DNA of 64,000 nt from Takakia lepidozioides. Taxonomy: Eukaryota > Plantae > Bryophyta. The first letter of the stretch is position 1, and every line of letters starts with the position of its first letter. Of this stretch, positions 24,471 through 38,956 are shown piece by piece. The notes below the pieces were generated by a model. That model was not told where the DNA came from. It made no database searches and was given only the letters and a program-made list of their open reading frames with translations. The stretch spans positions 30,318,001-30,382,000 of the forward strand of contig CM060731.1 of assembly GCA_030704615.1 (NCBI GenBank), read 5' to 3'. The translations under genes and the position numbers were made by a program.

Positions 24471-24949
24471 TTTCAATTTTCCTTTTATTGAGAGTAGGGA
24501 TGTGAGTGATGTGAAGAACCATGGTCATGTGACTATATTATATATACCATTGCCATCTCCTTTGTTCCATATGACATTGGTTTTTTTTTACTTGGGTATA
24601 CTTTTTTGGTCTATTAATATGTGTTTGTGTCATTCTTCGGGCTCGATTGTGGCAAAGAAGATGTGTCACTTGCAAGCTTGAAGTTGAACCCTAGACAGTA
24701 GCATGATGCATCTATTTATCGAAGTGCTTCTGAAATTGGGCAACCCTTGTATCTTGGAAAACACTTGTATCTTATTCCAACCAAGAGCCTCTGTCCCCCT
24801 CATCACTGAACAATGTTTTTCTTAATAGGGCCCTCAGTGCCATCATAAAGTTTCAAGGGGGGACATCATAAAGAAAGAGTATGTAGTATACTGTAAAGCT
24901 TCCAAAAGAACTCCTAACTATCACAACATGTCTTCCTAGGGGCGGATAT

Positions 24950-25685
24950 CAGTGTTGTGCGGGTAGTGCCTTTTTACGGAACCCACCGGTACGGGCATAT
25001 TTTTGGAGGAGGTTGGGTAGCGTGGGCTCACGTGAGCACATGCGAATATTAAGGATATTCCCTAGATGCCTTTCAAATATTCTCCAACGAAACTAAAATT
25101 GAGAAACTAAAAACTTTGCGAAACTTTTGTTAACTGCTCACATAGGCCCTCACAGCATCACTTAAGAAACAAGTAACACCTATACACGATAAACATGTTA
25201 CCCTATAGGTGTGGGGTTTCCTCACGTTATGCTAACTAGATACCCTAGAAAACCCCAGAATAATAAAAATCGTGGTTTTCAATCCGGGCATCGGCAGTTT
25301 AAGCCCCATAAAAGTTATTTTCGCATTGAGAAAATAAATCTGAAGGTACTCATATGCACCATGCGTGGTAACATGTAATTCCTATGACCGTGGTTTGAAA
25401 ACATTCAACCCCTATGACCGTGGGTTGTGCTCACATGATACCAAACCCCTTTTTGGAGCCTAGTCCGGGTCCGGATCCGGATCCGGATCCGGGTTTTTGA
25501 AAATTGGAAAATCCGACTCCGGGTCTAGGTAGTTGCTGGGAAAAAATTGACGGGTTCATGGGGTTCACGGGTTCGGATCTTGGCCCTAATAAATTGATTA
25601 AATAAATTAGAAATATGAGATTAATTAGAGTCACATTTAGATAAACAAATGTAAGAGAAATGTCATTTTTTATTTTATTAAAAAC

Positions 25686-25720
<35 letters not shown>

Positions 25721-26966
25721 TTAAAACCTGGACCCTGACCTGCTATACTGGCCCACGGGTAGCATGTTTAACGGGGTCTGGACCTAACAGGCGGGTCCGG
25801 GTTTGGGCTCATTTCAGAAATGAACAGGAGGGTTCAGGTTTTTGGCGATACCACAGGTCCAGGTTTTGACCCGGGTAACCTGGACCCGGACAAGTTGGGT
25901 ACCCGGGGTCAAACCCGGATAGGGAATTCCAAAAAGGCCTTGATGTGAAATGCATCGCAATTCACTTGATCACCCCCTAAAAGTGCACAATTCAATTGAA
26001 TTGCAAGGGCAATTCAATTGAACTAACCCTAATTTGCAATTCAATTGAATTGTAATCTATAAATTTTAACTTATTTTTGTATATAATATATAATATATAT
26101 GTACATGTATATATTCAAATTATATTTATACACATATAAGAGTATAAGCTAAAAACACATGTTGCCCCTCTATTCTTGCTGGCCCTTTTTCTTGTGTCCT
26201 TGAGGAAATTGTGGAGTTGTGAAGCCACCCTCAGCCTCAGCGAGAAAGGGAGAGCCAGAGACGGAGACAGATCAGCAGCTTCCTGTGATTCACTGGCAAA
26301 AGAAACATGGTTGGCTTCTAAAAACACAGACAAAATCAAACATGACAATTGATGAAAGGCTTCCCCTACATCACCATGTAGTCCCCTAACACTAGTATCT
26401 GGCCCAGGACAAAGAAAACAAAAAATATGTTCATCTTGAGAATTATCAAAAATTTCGATACCCTTACAAAGGTATCATGTTGAAGTTGGGATGTGTGTTC
26501 CATATAAGTTTAATATATCAAACTCTTACACGTTGATACTCTTACATTGGTATCATGTTTGGTATATGTACATAGCCATATATTGGCACCAACATCCACA
26601 AAGAGAGACAATCCTGCTTTTACAAGCGCTTCGTGACTTCCTCTCCCTCTCTCTCCCTCTCTCGCTCTCCCTTAGGCTTATCTTGGGCTCAAGCCTTACC
26701 ACGGGCAAAGGATGGACGGACAACAAGAATAGATGGGCAACATGTATTTTTAGCTTATACCTGTGTATGTATATATGTATAATTTAAATATATACATATA
26801 TATATAATATACAGAAATAAGTTAAAAAATTATAGATTACAATTCAATTGAATTGTAGTCAGCAATTCAATTGAATTGCGCACTTTTAGGGGGTGATCAA
26901 GTGAATTGCGATGCATTTCACATCGAGGCCTTTTTGGAATTCCCTACCCGGACCCGCACAGCACCG
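24950..26966. mobile_element. Non-autonomous hAT-like element
   Basis: TIRs CAGTGTTGTGCGGGT / ACCCGCACAGCACCG, a degenerate 8-bp flank (GCGGATAT / GTGGGCAT) and many CCGGGT/ACCCGG subterminal motifs. The same terminus recurs at about 49848. Confidence 0.65.
25920..26946. mobile_element. MITE with about 250-bp TIRs, nested in the hAT-like element
   Basis: TAGGGAATTCCAAAAAGGCCT...AGGCCTTTTTGGAATTCCCTA, flanked by the direct repeat CCCGGA, with internal CAATTCAATTGAATTG palindromes. Confidence 0.85.
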
Positions 26967-29282
26967 GTGGGCATGCTCACCACATCACCAACATTCATCC
27001 AATATAAATGTCCATGCATCAATCCCTGATTACTCCAATATACTATAATAAAGTGTGTTTATTGTAATGTTTTAACGTTTTAACTGTGACAGCAGGTGAT
27101 GGAAACCGGGCTGTCCAGTCACAATGGCTTCCCGCGGCAGCTTGTGAGATTGATGGCTCTTCTGTTTGGCGTGTTGCCTAGGATTCGACTCCGTGAGTTT
27201 GGGATCTGACAAACACTCGCAGATCGGACCAGATTGCATCCCAATATTTCAATCTTGTTCTGGTGAGAATACTCACTTGATTTGTTAGATGCTTGCGATT
27301 TACGATTCGATTGGTTTGCATCCAGTCCTGCGTTTTGGAATTCGAGTTTTCTGCATTTTCGCTTTGCTTGGGATCGTCGATTTTGCATGTGTTGCCCAAG
27401 CGTTTGGTCGGTAAGTGCCCTCGCTGGCGCATGACACTCGACTATTGAACGCGGGAACCTGGAGAGACCGCTTTGTCTTGTAACTGGTTTGAAATCGGTC
27501 GTTTGAGAGAGCTGGATTAGCTGGAAGAATCGCATTGGATTATGCCTTTCTCTTACCAATGCATCATCTTCTGATAAGCTTGGAATGGTACGTCGTTGCA
27601 CGAATTACGACTCAGTCAGTAGTTTTTTCGTTTCACAATGATTTTCCTGATGGTGCCGATGGTCATCTGATTTCCATTGCATTTTGCATATATGACTAGG
27701 GTGAGGAGGGGTGAGGAGGAAAGGACTCACACCGCAAAAGGGACCGAAATTGTAAATGTGTGCAATTTGTATATGTTGGAGGCGCAAACAATGGCTCACG
27801 AGCAGAAAATCCTGACCGGGTTCTTGGAACGTCCCGATCTTCGACAGTGGTGAAATCCCAATCAATGGGGCTGTTCAGACTGAACTTGATGCTTTAAGAG
27901 AGCACAGGATTGGAAGATACTGCAAAGTGATGTCATACAAGACCAGTGGCTTGCAGTAAGGCTCAGACCATAGGAGTTATGTAGCCGAATAAAGTCGGTA
28001 TTATTCCTGCCATTGTAAGAGCAACTTCGTTGTACGAGCCACTTGCAGTCATCCAAAAAAAGGTGCTAATGGCTGGAGGCTGTCACAACTGAGCAGCTGG
28101 ACAAGAGGGGACATAGAGAGAGGTCTTGCCTCTGGCATCAATTTGGTTTATGGAAACAGCATGGTAAGGCAGGTCGAAAATGAGGTCACCAAATGGAGGA
28201 AGGCTACTGTGTAGTCATCGTGGGTTCGTGGTCTGTTCGTGGTCTGTTAACAGATGCAAGCTTGCATGGTTGGCTTCCAATCACCTCTTATCAGTCTTCT
28301 AATTCCAGGTTTAGGTGGGGTTTCTGAGAACTGGGAATATTACTTCACTTTTACTGAAGGATACGGCATGGAAGAGAAAGGAGGGAAGAGGCCTGGGTGT
28401 AGCAGGGGTCATGACAATGGGGGTTCTTGATATCTGTTCATCTTCAAATGTAACTGTGACCTTTAAACATTGTTGTTGTGTGATGTGCGTAGGAATGAGC
28501 TGCTTAAACATTTTCAAGTGGGACTCTATGGCAGGGCTTTAATCAAATGGGCGAAGCGGGGAAGTCTTCAGTCGAAAGTCATTGTGAACCAAGTGGACAT
28601 TTTCACGGTGATGATTTGATAGACAATATTGAGGTACGGTTGCCTCACTCTTGTCATCTTCCAGTCGCTACGTGCCAGCTTTCACAGTGTGGTTGCTTTG
28701 TGAGCAGAATCTGAGTGAAAACCAGATGCTCCAGCACTTCAGATTGCTTTCCCATGAACCTTAATCTCCTTCTATGTCCAAGACTTGTGCTAGTTCAACA
28801 TAAGCAGCAGTGCCAGTAAAACTAAATTTTCACATGGCAAGTCTCCTAAGTCAACATCACATGGTGACAATGCACGGGCAGACAATGCTTGCTGGTTCAA
28901 GGCGGTTGCGTAATGTAGTAAGACTGCGCTGGCAATTATGGCTTTCCTGTAGAGGTTTCCTTTTTCTCTGACTTGCTGGTCATGGCTTGAATGGCTGCAG
29001 GTGCCTGGGACTGCCCCATCGAATCCACTGGACTGCGGAAGCTCATTCAGAAACCAGGTTCTTTTAAGATCACCAGCTATTGTGTCTTGCCTCAAGCTTT
29101 CCAGGTTCAGTAGTATTTGCTTTGCTGATTTTTGGAACAGGTGCTTTGTTTGGTTTCCAATTTGGTTTTCTAGATTTTGCATACAAACCTGGCATTTTGG
29201 GTTGAGATGAAGTGTGGGCTTGACTCTGGACCGAGACACCTGTGCTTATCCATAACATACGTGTTGTTAATGTGAGCAGCTG

Positions 29283-32200
29283 ATTGCACTAGTGCATGGA
29301 GGCTACACCTCAGAAGTGGCAGAGAAGCGGCTGCTGGTAGCAAGCCCAACATCATGTAGATTTAGTAGTTGTACAAAGGATAATCATCTCAATGGAGCAG
29401 TGGAGCATATGTGTGAAAACAAAGTCAGGTCTGAAAGGAGGGTGTGTAACAAGCCGAAGTACATTATACAAGGTCTGCATCATGTGGTCTTTGGGACCAG
29501 GATGAACTGTTTGCTCCTTTGTATCCCCCTGGCAATGATCGCTATCCACGTAAATTTTGGGCATGTAAGCTTCTCCTTAATTTTTAAACCCTTTTCCTTT
29601 ACATTCCGTTTTTGTACTAATAATATTCTGTAGAAAGCATAATGTAAGAGGTTGAACAGTCCAGAAGTTATGATGGGTCAAAATGTGGGAAAGGACATTC
29701 TGGAGGGTGCAGAGGCCCGGGTCACTCCTTTAGAGGAGTGGCTTTACACTGCTAAATGTCATTGACATAGGTACGGATTTCTTCTGGCACAAGGTGGGCA
29801 GTTGAGAAAGTGGCATTGTCCTCCTCCAAAAGCCAGTGACTTAGTTTGCCAAGGCAGTTTGGAATTGGCATGAGGGCTGTCAAACTTTGACCTAGGTTGT
29901 TGGTATTTGCTCAGTTATCTTCCACAGAGCTTCAGAGGCAATTCCTGCTCAAAGGGTGACTTGTTTCATCCTGGTACCGACATAATGATATGCTGTTTGA
30001 CTGCAGGGGTGGGCTTTTCTCTTGAGTTTATTAGGCATGATTCCACTAGCTGAGCGGCTTGGCTTTGTTACCGAGTAAGTGTGCACTTTCTTATGATGCT
30101 GTAAGGTTCTTGTACAATGGCAAAGAGTGAACTTTTTCAGCAACTAATATTCTGCGGTGAACAACTGTTGATGGGATTGTGACTGGCATTTCGCTTTTGA
30201 ATAGGCCAAAGTCTCAAGCCTTTTTTATATCAATATCTTTGTTTAATCAAATTGAGACAACTTCTGGCTTCTATTCAAGATTTGGACCTTGGCAAAGATG
30301 CAAAAACCACAATATTTGCTACATTGTATTTTTTCATCTCTGACACAGCATCACTGTTTTGCAGGCAGCTTTCTTACTACACAGGCGCCACAGGTACACC
30401 TCACTGCCTTTTCTTTTGGACAAGTGCACTCTGTTGCTGTGCTTTTTTTTTGTGTGTTGCTTTCTAGGGGTGACCCAGACTCCAGGTTGTGTGTGGCCCA
30501 TGTGGACGGATTCCACACCCATGAGCTGCTTCAGTAGTGTAGGGGGCGAGTCTTGAGTGAAGGGTGAGCAGTCCCCTTTAAAATAATTTTCTTTTGATGA
30601 CCTCCTCCTGCAATTTTGTTCGCTTGTATTTTCCAGTAGCCTTTGGTAGGGGAAGGAGACAGATGTTTGTATGTGCTTCTCTCACATGAGCGGTGTTCAA
30701 CTGTTGCTGGCAGTGGGTGGGCTTTTGAATGCAACATTTGGCAATGCAACGGAGATGATCATCTGCATTTTTGCGCTGCGCAATAACATGATTCGGGTGG
30801 TACAATTGTCACTTCTGGGCTCCATTCTGTCCAATATGCTCCTGGTTCTAGGTTGCACATTTTTTTTTGGAGGTCTCGCAGACCGCAAGAAAGATCAAAA
30901 GTTCAATAAGGTGTGGCAGCTTTACATTACATGGCAGGCACATGTGTCTATTTGATATGGAGTGTTGATTTGCTTAGGGCTCCCTTCCTTTCAAAGGTTG
31001 TCTGTCTGTCTCTCTTGCTCTCAGGCTATGGCAAGCAACGTCTTATGAGTAATCTGTCAGGCTCCAAGGCAAGTGTGTGTGAGAGAGAGAGAATCCCTGT
31101 CTCTCTCTCTTGGATCAATTGCATGTTTCAAGACAAGTCTCACTACCGGCGCCAGCCCCTGACAAAGGTAGTTCTGTCCCTTTGTCGCTCAAACTGGGCG
31201 CAGGGTCAATGGCCACAAGGCTATGGCAAACAACATCTTATGAGTACATTCCCTCTGTCATTTGCCTGGGAGTCTGAGAGTTCTGCCCAAACCAGGCGCA
31301 GGGTCTATGGTCACAAGGCTACGGCAAACAATGTCTTCTCATATTTGTTGGTTTCACAAGGAGCAGCTTCATTATTGTTGATCATGACTGTAGGAGGCAT
31401 ATATCGAATAGGCTCTGGAAGAATAGATATATGTGGTATTGTTGTTGCCACGATGCTCAATGACCAGTTTCTCAATGGCAACTAGAAGCATTTTGTCAGG
31501 TGTCAAGAAAGTCAAGAATGTTTCTCTTATCATCCCCAATGGGGATTCCAGAGCAATGGCAACTCTGTGTTACTGAGCTCAGCATTCTACTCTCTTTGTC
31601 AGTAAAATATTCTAGGTTGTCCTGCTGGCACAGGCACGCCAGTTAGCCTTTGGCAGGATATGAGGTTTGATGTACTTTTGTGTGTGTGTGAGGCAGAAAG
31701 CCGCCCAGGTCAGCTCCAGCTTGCTGTTGATGGCTGTTATGGGTCTCCTCTTTCCTGCTGCCCTACATGCGACTCGTACAGAGATGCATTTTGGAAAGTC
31801 TGAGCTTATGTTGTCAAGATTCAGCAGTTGCATCATGTTGGTGGCTTATGCTTCTTACCTCTATTTCCAGCTCAAGAGTCACAAAGAGCTCTACAATGGA
31901 TCAGAAGAGGTGAAGCCCAGTCTCTATTTTCTCTATGTTTACACCAGCAATGTGTCCTTATTGGCAGCAGTTCAACGTTTACAACCAATTTGCAGGCTGA
32001 TTGATAAAGGTTGAAGCTTTATTTTACAGACTGTGTCAAGACACAGTGGGCCCTGACAAATTCCCAACCATGAAGGGACTCCCCAGCGATTTTTATAACA
32101 CTCTGATATCTAACATGGTTCGATTTTTTCCCATGAATGAGAATGCACTGGCTTAGTTTCTAATTGAAGGTTCAGATTGAGGAACCAATGTGTGGTCCCT

Positions 32201-35200
32201 GCCCTTGCTTAGGGACCTATGAAGTATCAGCATGTTTGGCTGCGCCTCCATGGTGATCCCTGGGGCCAGCCAGGGATCTCATTCATTTTGGCAAAATCCT
32301 GAACTATGGGATTGACAGTTGTGAACAAGATAGCTCTTTTGTCAACTGGACATCCATTGGTTAGCCTTGTTGTTAAGTTGGGGTACCTTCTGTCAGTGCC
32401 TGGCCTTGCAAGTCAAAGCCACCGTATGCCAAAATGTCTTAAAACTTGGGGGTAAAACAGCGTGTGAGGAGTGAGCAGCAGGCTACAACCCAGCTTAGAG
32501 GGGTCTATATTTCACTGAATAGTGCTGATTTATGCATTTCCCATGATGTTTCTTCAACGACCTAGATGGTTCTTCTGTGTCTAGAAAGATGCAGCTGGAA
32601 TGTGGATCTACGTTATACCTCTGCTGCATTCCGGAAAGCTTGTAGGTTATGCACCTGGATGTTATGATCCTCTTGATGTAGTATTTTGATTGTTTGCCAG
32701 AAGCTGGTACTGAAGAAATGAAATGAAATGAAATGGTGCTTTATAACGTCCGCGGAAAGCTCATAGAGCTTATGGGACAAAATGGAAGGAAGAACATGAG
32801 AGAAAATAGGAAAACCAGAGTCAGAGAAAAGAACTATTGTTCGAGTGATTGTCTAAGGGTGAATGCCTCGTGCAGGTAGGCTGCCAAACATTTCTGATCC
32901 TCATAGTGGAAGACTTCAGTGAGAGATTGGGTTCCACGGAATAGACAATGGAATCTCCCACGGATCTCATAGTATAGGGGGCAATAGAAGAAGTGTTCTT
33001 CAGTTTCAATTTCCTGGCTGCGCCCTGTGCAAGCAGGACATAGGCGGTCCTCCCGCTGCAGGTTTTCCCATCTGCCAGTCTCTATCCGTAGGTTGTGGGA
33101 GCCCACCCTGAACCGCCCCAAAGCCCTCAGGAGAGAAGGAGATAAAGAGGCCGAAAGGTAATTGGGCCGCAAGATTCTATCATCCCGGAGAACCAAGAAT
33201 GTTTCTTGATAGAAATGGAGCTTTGTTGCGAGGTTGGGTAACTTCCAAGTTCTCCTGACATGTAACTCCATGAGCTCCTTTCTAATGAGTTGGTTGCGGT
33301 CATGCCTGGATGTGATTTCCACCTCTTCTGGGTTCACTGGCAAAAGTGAAGCTATAGAGAGTCCATGGCGTTCAAAAAAGGTATCCACACAGGCATACCA
33401 GGATTGTTTGAAGCCTGCATTTTTGAGTCTCATAGATGTTGTGAGGGCCCTGGCCACAAGCCCCTTGGGGGGAAGGCCTTGTAACCTATGCAGGAAAATT
33501 GTAAGCCGGAAGAGGGCCTCAGTTTGGAGTTCTGCATTCAATATGTGCGATGAAGAGAAAGGTGCTCTTACAGAGTTGAAGGATCTGGTAATGAGCTGTT
33601 TTAAGAATGTACGGATGAGGCGCCATAGACCCCTCTCCCAGTTTGGGCGGAAAGAGGGAACAGACCTTACCTTTGTGAGGGGCTCACTCCAGTAGTGGGA
33701 CTTACCTTGGTATAAAGAATAGGTTCGGGCTTTCCAGATTTCCCTTAGAAAGCCTTCCACACAAGTATTAATCTGCTGTGTGAGCTGCCCAGCAATTAGA
33801 ACCCAACAGGGCCAGGACCTCAGGCTCAGCCTCAGATTTTGAAAGTTGGTGAACAGAGGTGCAGGGACTATGTTCTTGATGGTCCTGAAGAGGGTTGCTC
33901 TCTGATGAGAATACCCCGGATATTGTATCAGAAAATGGTTGCCTTCATCTCAATGATGTTCTTCTGCTGTAGACTGTTGCCCACCCAGGCTTTTAAGTCT
34001 CCCAACAAGACCACGTGGTTTTTGGCGAGGAACTTAGCACAATCAATCTTGACTTCCTTACGGCTATATCAGCGTCCACACTAAGGGCTCCATCTGTAGG
34101 CATGTAGACATCCCACAAAGAGGCCCTCACCCTCACCCTCACACTGCCCTTTGGTTTCAGTCTCAGCCAAATACTGCAGCTGTTTTAAGATTGGACTCCT
34201 ACAAGCAGGTGGGAGACTCAAAATAGAAGATCCATTTCAAGGACAAATATTGTTTGACTGTTTCCAACAACTCCAGTATTTACGGGCTGTTTTACTTGGG
34301 TGTGCAGGATGCTGGGGAGAGTGATGTGGGCTCAGAGTCAGAAGAATGTCTGTTAGGTTTTTGGAACTCCGTCTTCTGGCTCACCGTTTTGACCGTTTTT
34401 ATATCTGCCCTCTCCCAATGTGTTGTTGATGCTATAGGGGTAAGTCAGCAAATCAACCCGCTCTGGACAAATGCAATGATAGTGGGATGGCTAAAAACAT
34501 TGGAAGTTCAGTTTCAGAATTGGAACAGGAATTTGGTCAGGGCACCTGGTAGCCTGTCTCAAATGGTACCCCAACACTGTAAAAACCTACTCTGAAAGCG
34601 TAGGGTTTTAATTAGATACACTGTTTCACTGCAGCTGATTTGGTTGCAATACAAGCTTTCTGGCTATATAAGGACCTGTGCACTATTTTCAGATGATGTA
34701 TATCTTTTAATTTCGGTGGCATGGCATTTTTCAGCCATAAATGCATGTGAAAGGTAGGGAAGCATTATGAACAGAATCTGTCTGCATTATTAAATCTGGT
34801 GGGTAGATTTCAGAGAGGAGGTGCTTGCAGTACCAATAACGGCACTTGCTCTAACACTAGGCTTTCTTGTGTGATAGGGTGCTTCTGCCTCGTGGAATGT
34901 ACCTATTTCTTTCATTAGTGTAATTATCCTGCCGATTGTTGGGAATGCGGCAGAGCATGCAAGCGCCATCATGTTTGCCCTGAAAGACAAGCTGGTTAGT
35001 GTGTCAACCATTTGTTCACCTCTATGCAGAGCGTGCATGTGTTCTATTCATTGTTGTGCACAAAACTATGGACTAAAAACTTCGCTTGATCAAAGCTGCA
35101 GTGGGAAACAGTACATGAGTTAGTGTGAAGATGACTTTGCTTATAGTCTCAGTGGTTACCATTGTTTTACAGCATTTTCATTCCAGGCTCTCCTTCAGAT

Positions 35201-36824
35201 ACGGTGGGTGGCTGGTAGCTTTTATATCATTTGGGTCGATCTGCTTAGTTGATTTTCACTGGCGATTTTCACTACAGAAATGCTGGAGTTGATTGTCTCT
35301 CTGGTCGCATCTTGTAGAGCTAGGTGTTGGTCATGCAGAGTACTAGCTCATGTTAGGATGCAATGTTATGCACGCTTGTCGACGTTTCGCCCCACTGTAG
35401 CGAGATTAGCTGAAGCTAGGGTTTCTCTGTACTCTGTGGCAGGACATTTCCCTGGGAGTGGCCATTGGTTCTTCCACTCAAATATCCATGTTTGTGGTAC
35501 GTATCTATGTTGTTGGATTTTACTTGTTAGCATGGTCACACTTTTGAGCCCATGAGAATGGGGTGAGGCATGAAGGATGAGTGGTCCTTGGTCTTCAGTT
35601 GAAAACTTGTTGAGAGGTCTGTCATGTTGCATGCTGCAGATCCCATTCTGTGTTGTTATAGGATGGGCAATGGGCGTGCACATGGACCTCAATTTCCAGC
35701 TTTTTGAGACGGCCACCCTCTTCATCACAGTGCTCGTTGTTGCATTTATGCTGCAGGTGTGCAGCTGTACCTTGGGTTCCTGTAGAAATTTGTGTTAGTT
35801 TCTGATGCAAGATCACTGCATGCAGTACAGATGATTGCAGGTTTTGACCCAAAAGGTATGATATTCAGTGGTAAGTTTGCAATCAAGGCTAGCATTGACA
35901 TCAGACTTAGAAGCTTGGTGTTGAGCCCTTCAACCTGTTACAATACATTTGGCTCTGCTTGCCCTTTCAGAAATGGTGGAGAAGATTGCAAATAGTGAGC
36001 ACGTGAGAAAGACAACCTAGTTTTTCTTGCAGTATATTTTAGGTTTCCCTTTCCAAACAGAACGAAATAACATGGAAACAGATGGAATGATCCTTCAAAC
36101 AAAGTATAGTTCAATTTGCGACCTGGTGCTTGGAGAGTTCTTTTTTGAGATTACCACACACTACAACAAGCTGTCCACTGAAAGCTCAGAGAGCCAATGT
36201 GACACGAATGGACCAAAAAGTATTTTGATGTGTATGTGTGCAGGAAAAAGAAAGAAGGAACTGAAGATAGATGGTACAACCCTAGAAGATGACCTGTATC
36301 TGCCATCTTCTGCCTATGTCTTCAAGTGAAGTGTAGTTTGTTCCAGTCTTGTAAGCTTACTATTTCGGATTTAGTGTGGAGTTATCAAGGTAGATATCTA
36401 CAATATCTAGTGTGAACCTGCTCCTGGATGTTCTACAGGAAGGAACAGCAACTTACTTCAAAGGGCTAATGTTGGTGCTATGCTACTTGATAGTAGCTGC
36501 CAGCTTCTTTGTCCATGTTGATCCTCCGGACTCCCACAGTAAGTGATCCAATTACCCTTTGTTTGTTTTCTTCGAACGCATGTAGCTTAGAATGATTCTG
36601 TGGGCTCCCATTGGCAGCAATTGAGTTGTTTCCTGATCTCATTGGAGTTAACACTTGTTAATTCGGAAGCGAGACTTCAGCACATGATATACAGATATAA
36701 AGACTTGCAAGATGTGGGTGACTAAACGCAGTATGAAATTGCCCCGTCAATATAAGATATGAGAGAGATAGACGAGGGTTGTCTGACTTGGTGTTTTTCA
36801 TCTGCAGTTGGAAGCAAGCGCTGA
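29283..36824 (+). CDS. CAX: Vacuolar-type cation/H+ exchanger (CAX family), multi-exon
   Basis: Exons encode [40 protein letters not shown] (c-1 repeat), [29 protein letters not shown] (c-2 repeat), [27 protein letters not shown] and [16 protein letters not shown]. The start codon and 5' exons are unresolved and may lie at 27-29 kb. Confidence 0.93.
31021..31337 (+). mobile_element. Cluster of three copies or fragments of the short retroposon in a CAX intron
   Basis: 31021-31052, 31135-31248 and ~31290-31337 all contain AGGCTA(T/C)GGCAA.CAA..TCTT. Confidence 0.7.
32715..33600 (-). mobile_element. 5'-truncated RTE/RTEX-like LINE in a CAX intron
   Basis: C-terminal ORF motifs [40 protein letters not shown], stop at 32834, a short 3' UTR and a (CATTT)4 tandem tail. 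Confidence 0.85.
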
Positions 36825-38956
36825 CCTCCCGGGAGACCGGTACAAGTTAAATCAGAATGGACAACTTTGAGACCCCCCCACCTCAACTTCTCTACTCCTC
36901 TCAGTTCATAGCAATCTTTTTTGGCCAATCTCTGGCATTCTATGCACGAGGGATGCTCGTCCGTGGCCTCCACAAAGACACATATACGCTCTCATGTGAG
37001 TAGGATTCCATGCAAGTGTGCAGTAACTTTGCCTTGTTGACCATGGCTTCGACCCATTGAGTTTGTCACTTTCACCTGGCATATGGTGGGTCGGTGGCAG
37101 ATTGAGCAAACGCACATAAAGTTAAAGTCAATTGCCTACTGCCGGCAACGAACACAGTCAAAAGCTGGCGAGGTATTCCCGGGTATTGGGCTGGCCGGCC
37201 GGTATCGGTATGTAGGTAGGCCAATGAAAGAATAACACACGGAAGGGACGTCATTTTTGTCGATCTTCACCAACTGCAGGGAAATGGAGGTTGGCCCTTA
37301 CTCTTCACATCTCAGTTGTAGCACATGGAAGTCTTCCCAAAGACAAGACAAAGTATGAAACCGTTCACTATTGGAAAGCTAAACACAAGCTACAGAGTCG
37401 AACAATTTTATATAGGACCTCAATTTCGTTATGATGGACTGAGAGCAGTACTCCAGAGGGACTGATTGGGTAATGCACACCATGGTAGTATGTGTGCCAG
37501 ATTTGAAGGGGTACAAGAAGTAAAGGGTGGGTTCGAAGAGGTAGAGGGAGAGTATAGAGCATGTACATGAAGAGGCAGATCTCGTTAGAGTTAGTAGAAG
37601 TAGAGCTCTATCTCTGGCTTTTGGAGAATGGCCGAGTTAGTCAGGGATGTTTGAGAGAATCATGAGAAGAGAATGAGTGAAGTGGTAGCGATCGTCTTTA
37701 GCGAGTGGGTGAGGGGGCAACACCCACGGAAATCAGCTGTACAGGATGTCGCCGCTTGAACACAAGCCGTCTTCATAGCGAGCCTTGCCATGGCTTCCTC
37801 CTGCCCAGCGCTATGGGGGAGTCAGTTAGGAGCTTCCTTGGGAATTGGTTTGGAAAGATTGAATGAGGGATGGTTATGTACAGCAGCAAAGGTGCCACTC
37901 TGTAATTTGTTCTGTGAGGGGCCTGTCGCGTGTTGCCTTCAATTTTTGAACTTAGAGAGGGGAGCGTATGCGTTTCTTCTCAGGAGTTTTCGTTGCGCAT
38001 CCCGTTCGAGAGATTGTATGAAGAAATACATTGTGCAGTACCAGAGTAGGTAGGCGAATTGTACTGGTGTTGGTACACGGCCATTGGTGTTGCGTTAGCT
38101 CGGGAGGCTGGGAGCGTGGGATTGCTCGTCCGAAGCTTTCCTTGGGCACTACCTTTTGAAGATTATATGAAAAATCAATAAAGTATGAAACACCCTACCT
38201 GTCTTCTAGAGCGCCCGCGCCCTTTGTTGCCATAGATTTGCGCACACCTGACAAGGTCGGCTTGAAATAGGTTTAGCTCGGAAGCATATTACGCAGCAAT
38301 TTCTGAAAGCGATCAGTCCCCGTCAGTGGCTTCTACATCTTCCTAGAGTGCTCCGCTTGCACGTGATTGCGTTATGTATCACTGAATTTGCTGTAAATTG
38401 AGGCTGAGACACCTGCGTCTTGCTGTGAGATAGAACCTTATTTGTGTGTCAGCTTTGCCTAAGTGCGTCGTTACTTCAGTCGCTGAAGGGGTTTGAGACT
38501 CAACAAATTTGCAGAAATGGAAGTTTAAAGTGCCAGGGGAAGGCAGGTTCGGAAACTGATAAACCGATTTGTTAGCTGGGAAGTATGAAGCAAGGCATGC
38601 ATCGCGGCTACAATGCCTCGGTTAGAGCTTGGTAGCCATAGACCCGTGGCCATAGGTCCCGCATAGGAAAGAAAGGATGAGAAGAGACGAGGGTTGCTTT
38701 GGGATAAGCAATTGTTGTGGAGGATGGAGGACCTAAAACATCCCTATGGTAACGGACAGGAAAGCGAGCACAGCAACAGGTGGCCCAATACACTTTGCAT
38801 TATCTTTTGCTTGTAGGACTGACCAACGGAAGGCATTAAAACACCCTTGAAGACAAAGAGCAAGCGAGACAGACACCCTGGGCATACTTCGTCAATCAGG
38901 AACCATAGACAAGTGTGACTGTAAATGTTCACGTAAATATTTGAACGTCCAAGAGG

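Noticed and set aside
30913-31485. 190-aa ORF within CAX
   Set aside because: It lies in an intron and is composed largely of short retroposon copies and GA/CT microsatellite.
33600-33760. N-terminal part of the 308-aa minus ORF as LINE protein
   Set aside because: This stretch matches the short retroposon family and is only fortuitously in frame with the truncated RTEX ORF.
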